A stretch of 64,000 nucleotides of DNA, from contig JAQUYH010000007.1 in the NCBI GenBank assembly GCA_028691955.1, positions 745 to 64,744 of the forward strand. Reading direction: 5' to 3'. Positions 1 to 9,369 of the stretch are shown piece by piece. Position numbers and translations under genes: made by a program. Under the pieces are notes generated by a model. It was not told the origin of the DNA. It did not search any database and saw only the letters and a list, made by a program, of their open reading frames with translations. The DNA is from Bacilli bacterium (GTDB taxonomy: Bacteria > Bacillota_I > Bacilli_A > RF39 > UBA660). Position 1 is the stretch's first letter. Each line of letters opens with the position of its first letter.

Positions 1-1
1 A

Positions 2-211
2 CTAGATGATAATAATGTTATTGACTTAACCGCCAATATTATCGTACCTATTAATAATTACTATGAACTAAATTCTATAGAAGAAATAAGTAGAGTTAGC
101 TCAGAAGATAATTTAAGATTAGGACTAGAATATGATAAAAGTAAAACATTATTCCCGTTGCTTAGAATAGCAGCGTTTAAACAAATTTTAAATATAAAAA
201 CTAAAAATTAA
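2..211 (+). CDS. 3' end of an upstream gene (partial; product unknown)
   Basis: Frame 2 is open from the window edge to TAA at ~209-211. No start is visible in the window. Confidence 0.3.
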   Translation, partial: LDDNNVIDLTANIIVPINNYYELNSIEEISRVSSEDNLRLGLEYDKSKTLFPLLRIAAFKQILNIKTKN

Positions 212-225
212 TAAGAGGTGAATAT

Positions 226-1045
226 ATGAAAAAAATTATATTTTTTTCAGGAATCCATGGAGTTGGTAAAGACTACATATTAGAGAAAATACAAAGTCAA
301 TTAAATATAAATTCATATACTGCTTCAGATATCATAAAGAACTCACTAGGAAAATCTGATGAAAATAAGATAACAACAAATATAGACCAAAATCAAATGG
401 CTCTTATTTATGGATTAGAGACTATTAACGAATCCTTAATTGTATCAAATGGACATTTGTGTTAGAGATAAAATTGGCGTTGTACAAAGAATAAGTAAAG
501 AAGTTTTTAAACAACTAAATATGCTATGTATTATATTAATAACTTCTTCTCCTAGTACAATAAGAGAAAGATTAAGGAAAAGAAGTTGTCTTGATTGGAC
601 AGAAGAGTATATAGCTGATTTTCAAAATAAAGAGATAGCATACGCAAAAAAATTATCTAAGGAATTAAATATAAAGTTATTTGTATTTAATGACCCACAA
701 GAATTAGATGAAATAGCTAAAATCATTAATAAAGAAATTTTGCCTAAAATATTGTTTGAAAACTATTTAAAAGAAGACGAAGTAATATCAATTGATAGAG
801 GATACTTTTTTATTAGCAAAGATGGTAGAGAATACTTTACTATTACAAGCATACCTTACATGTATAAAAAGCCACTAAACGCTTTTGAAATACAAGAAAA
901 TTCATATCCTTTAAATCATGTTCTAACGCCTTTAAACAATAATAGAATTTTAGCTAATATGAAAGAAGAAGATACATTTAATTACTATTTGGAATATTCA
1001 ATAAAATATTTAAAAGAAGTAAAAGATTTCTTTGACAATAACTAG
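226..1045 (+). pseudogene. P-loop NTPase/kinase-like gene, split by an apparent frameshift at ~455-470
   Basis: ORF 226-465 carries a Walker A-like motif (FFSGIHGVGKDY) and ends ...SNGHLC*. ORF 440-1045 continues in the +1 frame with a kinase-like 'ILITSSPSTIRERLRKR' segment. A strong RBS (AAGAGGTG) precedes the ATG at 226. Confidence 0.4.
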
Positions 1046-1147
1046 CCTTTACACTTATTTAATAATAACTAATTTTTAATTTAATTATTTCTATAAAACT
1101 ATTGTCATATTTTTCATTTTCTTTTATAATAAAAATAGGTGATTAGA

Positions 1148-1597
1148 ATGGAATATAAGATAACAACACGTAGTGAGATGGAGACAATAGAGTTAGCTCA
1201 AAATATTGAATCAGAGAAATTTCCTAATATGATTATCTGCTTAAACGGTGAATTAGGTAGTGGTAAGACAGTATTTGCAAAAGGCATAGCGAATGGCTTA
1301 GGTATACAAGAGACAATAACATCTCCAACATTTACAATAATAAAAGAATATGTTGGTGAACTACCACTATATCATATGGATGTATATAGATTAGATGGTA
1401 ATGTAAGTGATATTGGTATAGAAGAATACTATACAAAAGGTGGAGTAGTATTAATAGAATGGGCAGATTCTATTAAAGACGTATTACCTGAAGAAAGATT
1501 AGATATAACATTTAAAGTAATAGATGAAAACAAAAGAGTGCTTATTTTAACTCCACATGGGAAACAATATGAAGAACTATGTGAGGCTGTTATATGA
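1148..1597 (+). CDS. tsaE: tRNA threonylcarbamoyladenosine biosynthesis ATPase TsaE
   Basis: Walker A motif GELGSGKT and YjeE-like length. RBS AGGTGA sits 5 nt upstream of the ATG at 1148. The TGA stop overlaps the tsaB ATG. Confidence 0.85.
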   Translation: MEYKITTRSEMETIELAQNIESEKFPNMIICLNGELGSGKTVFAKGIANGLGIQETITSPTFTIIKEYVGELPLYHMDVYRLDGNVSDIGIEEYYTKGGVVLIEWADSIKDVLPEERLDITFKVIDENKRVLILTPHGKQYEELCEAVI

Positions 1598-2172
1598 TAA
1601 GCTTTTTTATTGATACATCAACAAATATTGGCCATGTTGCCTTATTAGAAGATAGTATCCTAATAAAACATATCAAGATAGTATCGAATAACAATTTATC
1701 AACAAACATTTTTAAATATATAGAAACACTTTTTAAAGAAAGCAATATTGAAGTAGAACAAGTAAAAAAGATATTTGTAGCAGTTGGACCCGGATCATTT
1801 ACAGGAGTAAGAATAGGCGTAACCATAGCTAAAACCTTTGCTTGGGCTAAAAACATTGAGATAATTCCTTTATCGTCATTAGAAATCATGGCCTCATCAT
1901 CTAATGAAAATGCTATAATTGCAAATATTGATGCTAGAAGAGGATTTTCCTTTGCTGGTGTTTACAATAAAAATTTAGAAAATATAATGCCAGATACATA
2001 TATAAGCTTGGAAGAATTAAAAAATAAATATATTGGACAATATATATCTGATACTGAAAACATAGATATTGAAAAAATAGTTAAAAAACATAAATTTGAT
2101 GAACCTGTAAATCCACATAAAATAAATCCAATATACTTAAAAAAAACCGAGGCAGAAGAAAATCATGCGTGA
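1594..2172 (+). CDS. tsaB: tRNA t6A biosynthesis protein TsaB (inactive Kae1 paralog)
   Basis: YeaZ-like sequence (VGPGSFTGVRIGV). Translationally coupled to tsaE and rimI. Confidence 0.85.
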   Translation: MISFFIDTSTNIGHVALLEDSILIKHIKIVSNNNLSTNIFKYIETLFKESNIEVEQVKKIFVAVGPGSFTGVRIGVTIAKTFAWAKNIEIIPLSSLEIMASSSNENAIIANIDARRGFSFAGVYNKNLENIMPDTYISLEELKNKYIGQYISDTENIDIEKIVKKHKFDEPVNPHKINPIYLKKTEAEENHA

Positions 2173-2554
2173 ATCTAAAAACTTAAATGAAATAAATTAC
2201 TTTTTAAATTTAATGGGTGAAAAAGAAACAACAGAAGAGCAACTTAATAGCTCGAATACCACATATACTATATTAGATGATATTGGCTTTATAGCTTATT
2301 CGATCTATTATGAACGAGCTGAAATTGATTATATATATGTTAAAGAGGAATACAGGAAAAAAGGATATGGAACAGATTTATTAAAATACGTAATTAATAA
2401 ATCAAAAGATTTAGATAACATAACCTTAGAAGTGAATGTAAATAATAAAAGTGCGATTAACTTATATAAAAATAACAACTTTGAAATTGCAGCCAAAAGA
2501 GAGAAATACTATCAAAATGAAGATGCATACTTAATGATTAGGAAGATGATATAA
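2165..2554 (+). CDS. rimI: Ribosomal-protein-alanine N-acetyltransferase (GNAT)
   Basis: GNAT motifs and its position between tsaB and tsaD. Confidence 0.8.
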   Translation: MRESKNLNEINYFLNLMGEKETTEEQLNSSNTTYTILDDIGFIAYSIYYERAEIDYIYVKEEYRKKGYGTDLLKYVINKSKDLDNITLEVNVNNKSAINLYKNNNFEIAAKREKYYQNEDAYLMIRKMI

Positions 2555-3552
2555 TGGATATATATGCTTTAGCTATAGAGTCTAGTTGTGATGAAACAAG
2601 TGTTTCAATCATAAAAAATGGAATAGAAGAGATAGCTACAATTATTTCAACACAAATAGATATACATAAAGAATATGGTGGAGTAGTACCAGAAATAGCA
2701 AGTAGAAAACATGTGGAAAACATAACTATTGTTATAGAAGAATGTCTAAATAAAGCCAAAATGACTATGGATAGTATTACCTATATAGCAGTTACTTATG
2801 GCCCTGGCCTAATAGGAAGCTTACTAATAGGCGTAGAAGCAGCTAAAACACTAGCTTTTGTATACAAAAAACCCATAGTTCCCGTTCATCATATAGTAGG
2901 CCATATATATGCCAACAATCTAGTAAAAAGATTAAGCTTTCCTTTAGTTGCTCTAGTAGTAAGTGGAGGACACACTGAACTTGTATATATGGAGGATGAT
3001 TACAAATTTAAATACATTGGTGGGACACTAGATGATGCTGTAGGAGAGTGCTATGACAAAGTGGGAAGAGTATTAAATATAGAATATCCAGCTGGTCCAA
3101 AACTAGATAAAATGGCGAGTTTAGGAAAAGATACATACGATCTTCCAACCCCACTAGATGATGATTCATATAATTTTAGTTTTAGTGGGTTAAAAAGTGC
3201 AGTAATTAACCTAAAACACAATGAAGAACAAAGAGGAAAAGAAATAAATAGTGAAGACTTAGCAACCTCTTTTCAAAATAGAGTTGTAAATATACTAGTT
3301 AAAAAAACAATGAAAGCATTAAAAGAATATAACATAAATAACTTAATAGTAGCAGGAGGAGTAAGTGCTAATAAAGGACTAAGAAATAAATTAATAGAAG
3401 AGTGTTCTAAAGAAAATATTAATTTAACCCTACCAGAAATTAGATTATGTACAGATAATGCTGCAATGATAGGAGCAGCATCATACTATGCTTATAAATT
3501 AGGAAAAGTAAGCACATTAGATTTTGAAGCCAAAGCTAACGATAGTTTTTAG
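2554..3552 (+). CDS. tsaD: tRNA N6-adenosine threonylcarbamoyltransferase TsaD
   Basis: Kae1/Gcp family with the conserved PVHHIVGH metal-binding motif. Confidence 0.9.
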   Translation: MDIYALAIESSCDETSVSIIKNGIEEIATIISTQIDIHKEYGGVVPEIASRKHVENITIVIEECLNKAKMTMDSITYIAVTYGPGLIGSLLIGVEAAKTLAFVYKKPIVPVHHIVGHIYANNLVKRLSFPLVALVVSGGHTELVYMEDDYKFKYIGGTLDDAVGECYDKVGRVLNIEYPAGPKLDKMASLGKDTYDLPTPLDDDSYNFSFSGLKSAVINLKHNEEQRGKEINSEDLATSFQNRVVNILVKKTMKALKEYNINNLIVAGGVSANKGLRNKLIEECSKENINLTLPEIRLCTDNAAMIGAASYYAYKLGKVSTLDFEAKANDSF

Positions 3553-3561
3553 GAGGAAAAA

Positions 3562-4230
3562 ATGAAAGAATCTAAAGAGAAAGAGTTGTTGTTTTTAGTT
3601 ATAATTTTTATTATTATTTTTGATGTGTCATTTATATTTAGCAATATAAGAAGTACTATATTTTACTCTGTTCTAATAGGAATTACAATAATATGCTTAG
3701 GGGCTATTTTCCATATAATAGTACAAGAGAGAATAAAGAAAGAAAAAGAAATAGAAACGCTTCTTTATTACGACAAAGTAACAAAATTGCCAAATAAAAA
3801 CAAGTTTTTAAATGATATTCCTAAAACAATAAAAAATAAAGAAAAATATGCTGTTATTGTCTTTGATATGCGTGATTTTAAAGAATTACTAGATGATATT
3901 GGGTTAACAGAAGTTAACAAATTTTTAAAAAATATTGCTAGTATCATCAAAAAAGAAACAAAGTCAAATGAACTATGTTCTAATATATCTGACGACCATT
4001 TCGCATTACTTTATGAGTATAAAAAAGAGTCTGATTTAGAAGATAGAATCAAATCAATAAATAAGCAAATTAAAGAATATGATATCAAACAAAAAATAAC
4101 TTTATCCTTTGGAATATATCCTATTACTGATAAAAGATTTTCATCAACCTTAATGTTTAATAAAGCATCACTTGCTAGAAAAGAAATAGTTGATAAAAAA
4201 AACATATTATTCAATTTTTATAAAAATTAA
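3562..4230 (+). CDS. Membrane-anchored degenerate GGDEF-domain protein (SDDHF in place of GGDEF)
   Basis: Two N-terminal TM helices. GGDEF-fold motifs are present: D-x-LT-x-LPN-x-x-F, ...VIVFDMRDF..., SDDHFALL at the active-site position, SFGIY, LMFNKASLARKE. Confidence 0.6.
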   Translation: MKESKEKELLFLVIIFIIIFDVSFIFSNIRSTIFYSVLIGITIICLGAIFHIIVQERIKKEKEIETLLYYDKVTKLPNKNKFLNDIPKTIKNKEKYAVIVFDMRDFKELLDDIGLTEVNKFLKNIASIIKKETKSNELCSNISDDHFALLYEYKKESDLEDRIKSINKQIKEYDIKQKITLSFGIYPITDKRFSSTLMFNKASLARKEIVDKKNILFNFYKN

Positions 4231-4236
4231 TAATTT

Positions 4237-4262
4237 AAGAATGAATTTCATTCTTTTTTTTG
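4237..4262 (+). terminator. Rho-independent terminator
   Basis: Hairpin AAGAATGAA-TTT-CATTCTT followed by T7. Confidence 0.7.
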
Positions 4263-4348
4263 TAAATATATATGACAAGTAGCCTTATAACATTTGTTAT
4301 ATATACATACTTATGTTATGATAATATAGTAGTAAGGATGGATAAAAG

Positions 4349-4894
4349 ATGAAACTATATGTAGTAAGACACGGTGAGACAAACGAAAATATTCATAAAA
4401 TAATGCAAGGAAATATGGAAACCGATTTAAATAAAGTTGGCGAAGAACAAGCAATATCTTTAAGAAATAAAGTAAAAGAAGCCAACATTAATTTTATTAT
4501 TTCTTCACCCAAAAGAAGGGCTATAGAAACAGCTAAACTAGCAGCTCCTGATATATCAATAATGACAGATAATAGATTATTAAGTCGTGATCATGGTGAA
4601 TTTCAAGGAATGGCAAGAACAGAAATTAATCTAGAAGAATATTGGAACATTAAAAAGAACATTCAATATGAAAGAGCTGAAACAGTTGGCGAGATATTTA
4701 ATAGAGTATCATCATTTTTAAATGATGTTTCAGTTAACTATAGTGATAAACACGTTATGATTGTAACTCATAGCGGAATATGTAGAGTCTTATACTATTA
4801 TTTTAATGGATTTCCGCATAATGGAGATTTGACAGAATACGAGTCAACTAATTGCTCATTTGAGGAGTATGATTTAGACAAAATAGGGGGATAA
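4349..4894 (+). CDS. Histidine phosphatase family protein (phosphoglycerate mutase-like)
   Basis: N-terminal RHGETNEN motif (the RHG catalytic His). Confidence 0.75.
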   Translation: MKLYVVRHGETNENIHKIMQGNMETDLNKVGEEQAISLRNKVKEANINFIISSPKRRAIETAKLAAPDISIMTDNRLLSRDHGEFQGMARTEINLEEYWNIKKNIQYERAETVGEIFNRVSSFLNDVSVNYSDKHVMIVTHSGICRVLYYYFNGFPHNGDLTEYESTNCSFEEYDLDKIGG

Positions 4895-4895
4895 T

Positions 4896-6989
4896 ATGCT
4901 ATTAAACAATTTAAATGAAAAACAAAAAGAAGCAGTAGAACATATAGATGGCCCCTTATTAGTATTAGCAGGGGCTGGAAGTGGTAAAACAAGAGTACTC
5001 ACTATGCGTATTGCTAATCTTATAGAGCACGATATAGATAGTTCTAACATATTAGCCATAACATTTACAAATAAAGCAGCCAAAGAAATGAAAGAGAGAG
5101 TAGTAGAGTTATTAGGACCTATTGCTTATTCCATACAAATATCAACTTTTCATTCATTTGGATTACTCATTTTAAAGAAACACTATGCTGTCTTAGGCTA
5201 TGATAAAAGTTTTACAATACTAGACAGTGACGATTCATTAACTATTGTGAAGAAGATCATGAAAGACCTTAATATAGACCCTAAAGCCTATAATCCCAAG
5301 GCTATTAGAAATAGAATAAGCAGTGCGAAAAATGAATTAGTTGATTCAAAAGAATTTGCCAAATTTATTGGAAATGAATTTGATGATATTACTTATAAAG
5401 TATTTCAAGCTTATGAAACAAAATTAAAACAAAATAGCTCATTAGACTTTGATGACTTATTAATATTACCAATTAAGTTGTTTAGAGATAATCCTGATAT
5501 ATTAAAGTATTATCAAGAGCTATATCAATATATATTAATAGACGAATATCAAGATACCAATGAAGCACAATATATTTTAGTTAAAATGATAAGCGCTAAA
5601 TATAAAAATATTTGCGTTGTTGGAGATGAATCACAATCTATATATTCATTTAGAGGATCAAATTATAGAAATATCTTGAATTTTGAAAAAGATTACAAGA
5701 ATGCAAAAATAATTTTATTAGAAGAAAACTATCGTTCAACGCAAAACATACTAAATGCAGCTAACGATGTTATTAAAAACAACAAAGAAAGAAAAGACAA
5801 GAATCTTTGGACTAAAAATAGTGATGGTAATAAAATTCATTACCATCGATCATTAGATGAAAAAGACGAAGCATTTTATGTGGTAGATGAAATAAAAAAA
5901 GAATTAAAAGGTGGTACATTAAAGCAAAATATAGCTGTTTTATATAGGACCAATGCTCAATCTAGAAATATAGAAGAAGCCTTATTAAGAGAAAACATAC
6001 CATATAAAGTAGTAGGAAGCTTCTATTTCTATAACAGAAAAGAAATCAAAGATTTGATTAGCTATCTAAAGCTAATATATAACTCTAAAGACGATGTAAG
6101 CCTACTTAGAATAATTAATACTCCTAAAAGGGGAATAGGTCTTAAATCAATAGAAAATATAACTTTAAAAGCTAATATGAACAACACTAGTTTATATGAC
6201 TCAATAAATAGCGGCAAAGAATTCGAATTTAAAACTATTATCGAATCATTAAAAGAAGCTGCTAACAATATGTCTTTAACAGAATTAGTAGAAGAGGTTC
6301 TAGTTAAAACAGGAATTAGACAAGAATTAGAAAGTGAAAAATCAATAGAATCAGATATTAGATTAGAAAACTTAGAAGAGTTTAAATCAATTACTAAGAA
6401 TTTCGAAGAAAAAAATGGTATAATATCATTAGATGAATTTTTAATGGAAATTAGTTTAGTAGCAGATATAGAGGAACACCGCAACAACACCGATGTTATT
6501 ACTTTAATGACTGTTCATTCAGCTAAAGGATTAGAGTTTGAGGATGTTTTTTTAGTAGGACTAGAAGAAGGAATATTTCCACATACAAATTCTTTAGATA
6601 GTAAATCAGATATAGAGGAAGAAAGAAGACTATGCTATGTTGCCATAACTAGAGCAAAAGAAAAGTTATGGCTTGTTAATGCAAGAAAAAGAACGCTATA
6701 TGGAATGGATTCCGTAAATCCACCAAGTAGATTCATAAAAGAAATTAGCGAAGAATACTTAGAAAGTGATTCAAAAGCAATAGTACAAGATGTTAATAAA
6801 CAAAAAGCCGTATTTAAAGGTAAAATAGATAAAGATGCAACATATGAAATAGGCGACAATATTATTCATCAAGAATTTGGCAAAGGAATAGTAGTTGGTG
6901 TGGATAAAATGATAGTAACAATTGCTTTTAGTTTTCCACATGGAATAAAAAAAATAATGAAAGGTCATTCTAGTATAAGGAAGGTGTAA
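4896..6989 (+). CDS. pcrA: ATP-dependent DNA helicase PcrA (UvrD family)
   Basis: N-terminal LNEKQKEAV and GAGSGKTRVL Walker A. SF1 helicase motifs throughout. 697 aa. Confidence 0.9.
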   Translation: MLLNNLNEKQKEAVEHIDGPLLVLAGAGSGKTRVLTMRIANLIEHDIDSSNILAITFTNKAAKEMKERVVELLGPIAYSIQISTFHSFGLLILKKHYAVLGYDKSFTILDSDDSLTIVKKIMKDLNIDPKAYNPKAIRNRISSAKNELVDSKEFAKFIGNEFDDITYKVFQAYETKLKQNSSLDFDDLLILPIKLFRDNPDILKYYQELYQYILIDEYQDTNEAQYILVKMISAKYKNICVVGDESQSIYSFRGSNYRNILNFEKDYKNAKIILLEENYRSTQNILNAANDVIKNNKERKDKNLWTKNSDGNKIHYHRSLDEKDEAFYVVDEIKKELKGGTLKQNIAVLYRTNAQSRNIEEALLRENIPYKVVGSFYFYNRKEIKDLISYLKLIYNSKDDVSLLRIINTPKRGIGLKSIENITLKANMNNTSLYDSINSGKEFEFKTIIESLKEAANNMSLTELVEEVLVKTGIRQELESEKSIESDIRLENLEEFKSITKNFEEKNGIISLDEFLMEISLVADIEEHRNNTDVITLMTVHSAKGLEFEDVFLVGLEEGIFPHTNSLDSKSDIEEERRLCYVAITRAKEKLWLVNARKRTLYGMDSVNPPSRFIKEISEEYLESDSKAIVQDVNKQKAVFKGKIDKDATYEIGDNIIHQEFGKGIVVGVDKMIVTIAFSFPHGIKKIMKGHSSIRKV

Positions 6990-6990
6990 A

Positions 6991-7164
6991 ATGGCTGAAA
7001 AAGTTGTAAGTTTTTTCAAATGGTTAGGCGAAGAGCTAAGTCCTATTTCTGATTTTTTCTGGAGTAATAGGCATAATGTCTTTTTATGGATAGGATTACT
7101 TCTATTAGGTTTATTAATATTTAAGCTAACCTATGATGCTCTAACTAGAGGTAGAGAGCAATGA
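6991..7164 (+). CDS. Small hypothetical membrane protein (57 aa)
   Basis: ATG 2 nt after the pcrA stop. A hydrophobic helix (WIGLLLLGLLIF). The TGA stop overlaps the ATG of the next gene (ATGA). Missing from the ORF track because it is under 60 aa. Confidence 0.35.
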   Translation: MAEKVVSFFKWLGEELSPISDFFWSNRHNVFLWIGLLLLGLLIFKLTYDALTRGREQ

Positions 7165-7586
7165 CAACAAATGAAGAAATATTAAAATTAATTAACGATA
7201 AGTTAGTTAAAATTCAAAGTAATGCATGGGGTATAGATAAAGATATAGAATTAAAGAAACAACAGCAAATTATAAAGATTGTTCAAAATTTTATTATAGT
7301 TGTTTCATTAATATTTCTAATATTGTTTTTAATTGATAATTTTAATACCAAATTATTAATAGCAACTATTATTAGCATTGCTATATTTATAATAGTTGCT
7401 GCCTATTTGGCAAGTTTAAAGGCAAAAGTAACACAAATGAGTAAATCAAAAAAAGATTTAGATCAAGAAGCTTTAATACTTCAAAGCGTTAGAAGCTATC
7501 TGCAAGGTAAAATAGCTTTAAATGAAGATATAAAAGAAGAACTAGACAAATTAAACAAAGAGGTGTTAGAATCATTTAATAGTTAA
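7161..7586 (+). CDS. Hypothetical membrane protein with a coiled-coil C-terminus
   Basis: Two TM segments and a RBS. No recognisable family. Confidence 0.5.
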   Translation: MTTNEEILKLINDKLVKIQSNAWGIDKDIELKKQQQIIKIVQNFIIVVSLIFLILFLIDNFNTKLLIATIISIAIFIIVAAYLASLKAKVTQMSKSKKDLDQEALILQSVRSYLQGKIALNEDIKEELDKLNKEVLESFNS

Positions 7587-7596
7587 GAGGTGAAAT

Positions 7597-7953
7597 ATGG
7601 CAAAATATAAGGTAGGCAGCATTATAAAGGGTACAGTTAGTGGTATAGAATCATATGGTATTTTTGTGTCCTTTGAAGAATATTACTCAGGTTTAATACA
7701 TATATCTGAAATATCAGAAAGATACGTAAAAGACCCTCATAACTACGTAAATATAGGGGATATTATTTATACTAAAGTACTAGATGTAGACGAAGAAACA
7801 CTTCATCTAAAGCTAAGTATTAAAAATATAAACTATAAATTAAAAAAGAAATATAAAAAGCATCCAATTGTTGAGACTCCAAAAGGATTTTCAACTCTTG
7901 AAAAAATGTTGCCAATATGGATAAAGGAGAAAATTTCTAAGCAAAAAATATAG
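7597..7953 (+). CDS. S1 RNA-binding domain protein (YugI/general stress protein 13-like)
   Basis: S1 fold sequence (GSIIKGTVSGIESYGIFV...GLIHISEIS). Confidence 0.75.
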   Translation: MAKYKVGSIIKGTVSGIESYGIFVSFEEYYSGLIHISEISERYVKDPHNYVNIGDIIYTKVLDVDEETLHLKLSIKNINYKLKKKYKKHPIVETPKGFSTLEKMLPIWIKEKISKQKI

Positions 7954-7984
7954 CACAAAAAATCACATTTTTTCCTTTTTTTTT

Positions 7985-8013
7985 GTTGACAAACCTAATC
8001 ATAAATGATATAG
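7985..8013 (+). promoter_or_regulatory. Sigma-A-like promoter of the tRNA operon
   Basis: TTGACA, 17-nt spacer, TATAGT, about 20 nt before the first tRNA. Confidence 0.5.
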
Positions 8014-8033
8014 TTGATTATGTCCAATGCATT

Positions 8034-8110
8034 GGGCGATTAGCTCAGTTGGTTAGAGCACCTGCCTTACAAGCAGGGGGTCGTAGGTTCGAGTCCTACA
8101 TCGCCCACCA
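8034..8110 (+). tRNA. tRNA-Val (anticodon TAC)
   Basis: Cloverleaf with GGGCGAT/ATCGCCC acceptor stem, loop CTTACAA, encoded CCA. Confidence 0.9.
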
Positions 8111-8119
8111 TTTATTTTT

Positions 8120-8195
<76 letters not shown>

Positions 8196-8202
8196 TTTTT
8201 AT

Positions 8203-8286
8203 GGAGGGATAGCGAAGTGGCCAAACGCGGCAGACTGTAAATCTGTTCCTTCGGGTTCGATGGTTCAAATCCATCTCCCTCCACCA
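8203..8286 (+). tRNA. tRNA-Tyr (anticodon GTA)
   Basis: Acceptor GGAGGGA/TCCCTCC, anticodon loop with GTA, long variable arm, encoded CCA. Confidence 0.85.
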
Positions 8287-8306
8287 TCTAAGTGTTGTGG
8301 AATAAT

Positions 8307-8381
8307 TGCCTCGTAGCCAAGCGGTAAGGCACCACACTTTGACTGTGGCATGCGCTAGTTCGAATCTAGCCGAGGCAGCCA
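8307..8381 (+). tRNA. tRNA-Gln (anticodon TTG)
   Basis: Acceptor TGCCTCG/CGAGGCA, loop CTTTGAC, encoded CCA. Confidence 0.85.
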
Positions 8382-8393
8382 TCTTATTTATAT

Positions 8394-8469
8394 GTTCCGT
8401 TAGCTCAGTCGGTAGAGCATTTGACTTTTAATCAAAGGGTCTGGAGTTCGAATCTCCAACGGGACACCA
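8394..8469 (+). tRNA. tRNA-Lys (anticodon TTT)
   Basis: Loop CTTTTAA, TΨC arm GGAGTTCGAATCTCC, encoded CCA. Confidence 0.9.
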
Positions 8470-8473
8470 TCGT

Positions 8474-8562
8474 GCCTGAGTGGCGGAATCGGTAGACGCA
8501 CAGGACTTAAAATCCTGCGAGGGTTAAACCTCATACCAGTTCAAGTCTGGTCCCAGGCACCA
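8474..8562 (+). tRNA. tRNA-Leu (anticodon TAA)
   Basis: Loop CTTAAAA, long variable arm, encoded CCA. One A-C mismatch in the acceptor stem. Confidence 0.8.
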
Positions 8563-8623
8563 TCTTTGTTAATTAATATACATAAGTATATTTTTTATAA
8601 TTTTAGCTATTAAATAGCTATGT

Positions 8624-8714
8624 GGAGAAATACCCAAGTCTGGTTGAAGGGACCGGTCTTGAAAACCGGGAGGTCGGCAACGGCGCGGGGGTTCGAATCC
8701 CTCTTTCTCCGCCA
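8624..8714 (+). tRNA. tRNA-Ser (anticodon TGA)
   Basis: Acceptor GGAGAAA/TTTCTCC, loop CTTGAAA, long variable arm, encoded CCA. Confidence 0.85.
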
Positions 8715-8732
8715 TTTAAGTTTTTTTGATAT

Positions 8733-8809
<77 letters not shown>

Positions 8810-8810
8810 T

Positions 8811-8886
8811 GGTCCCGTAGTGTAGCGGTTATCACGTCTGCCTGTCACGCAGAAGATCACCAGTTCGAACCTGGCCGGGACCGCCA
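8811..8886 (+). tRNA. tRNA-Asp (anticodon GTC)
   Basis: Acceptor GGTCCCG/CGGGACC, loop CTGTCAC, encoded CCA. Confidence 0.9.
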
Positions 8887-8894
8887 TTTTAATT

Positions 8895-8970
8895 GGCTCT
8901 GTAGCTCAGTCGGTAGAGCAAAGGACTGAAAATCCTTGTGTCGGTGGTTCGATTCCACTCGGAGCCACCA
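8895..8970 (+). tRNA. tRNA-Phe (anticodon GAA)
   Basis: Loop CTGAAAA, encoded CCA. Confidence 0.9.
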
Positions 8971-8991
8971 TTTAAATTATTAATCCAATTT

Positions 8992-9068
8992 GCGCCCTTA
9001 GCTCAATTGGATAGAGCGTTAGACTACGGATCTAAAGGCTAGGGGTTCGACTCCCTTAGGGCGCACCA
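8992..9068 (+). tRNA. tRNA-Arg (anticodon ACG)
   Basis: Acceptor GCGCCCT/AGGGCGC, loop CTACGGA, encoded CCA. Confidence 0.9.
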
Positions 9069-9089
9069 TTTTGATTATAAAAATTAATT

Positions 9090-9166
9090 CGGAAAATAGC
9101 ACAACTTGGTAGTGCACTTGGTTTGGGACCAAGGGGTTGCAGGTTCAAATCCTGTTTTTCCGACCA
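9090..9166 (+). tRNA. tRNA-Pro (anticodon TGG)
   Basis: Acceptor CGGAAAA/TTTTCCG, loop TTTGGGA, encoded CCA. Last tRNA of the array. Confidence 0.85.
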
Positions 9167-9177
9167 TTCGTTATAGA

Positions 9178-9203
9178 AATCCTTATTTATTAAGGATTTT
9201 TTT
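9178..9203 (+). terminator. Rho-independent terminator of the tRNA operon
   Basis: AAATCCTTA-TTTAT-TAAGGATTT followed by T6. Confidence 0.8.
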
Positions 9204-9319
9204 ATGCTTTCATTTTTTATTTTCTTATAATTATCTTAATAGTTTGAAGAATGAGGCTATTATCAAGTAATGAGCCTGCTACCGATTTAATCGGTGGGGC
9301 AGACTCAGCCTCTATAATT

Positions 9320-9348
9320 TGATACATTTGACACTCCTTTCTATGATA
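9320..9348 (+). promoter_or_regulatory. Promoter with extended -10 (TGATATAAT), preceded by palindrome ACCGATT-T-AATCGGT (9281-9295)
   Basis: TTGACA ... TGATATAAT about 25 nt upstream of the ATG at 9370. A perfect 7-bp inverted repeat lies about 30 nt further upstream. Confidence 0.4.
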
Positions 9349-9369
9349 TAATTTAATTGTGGTGATAGT

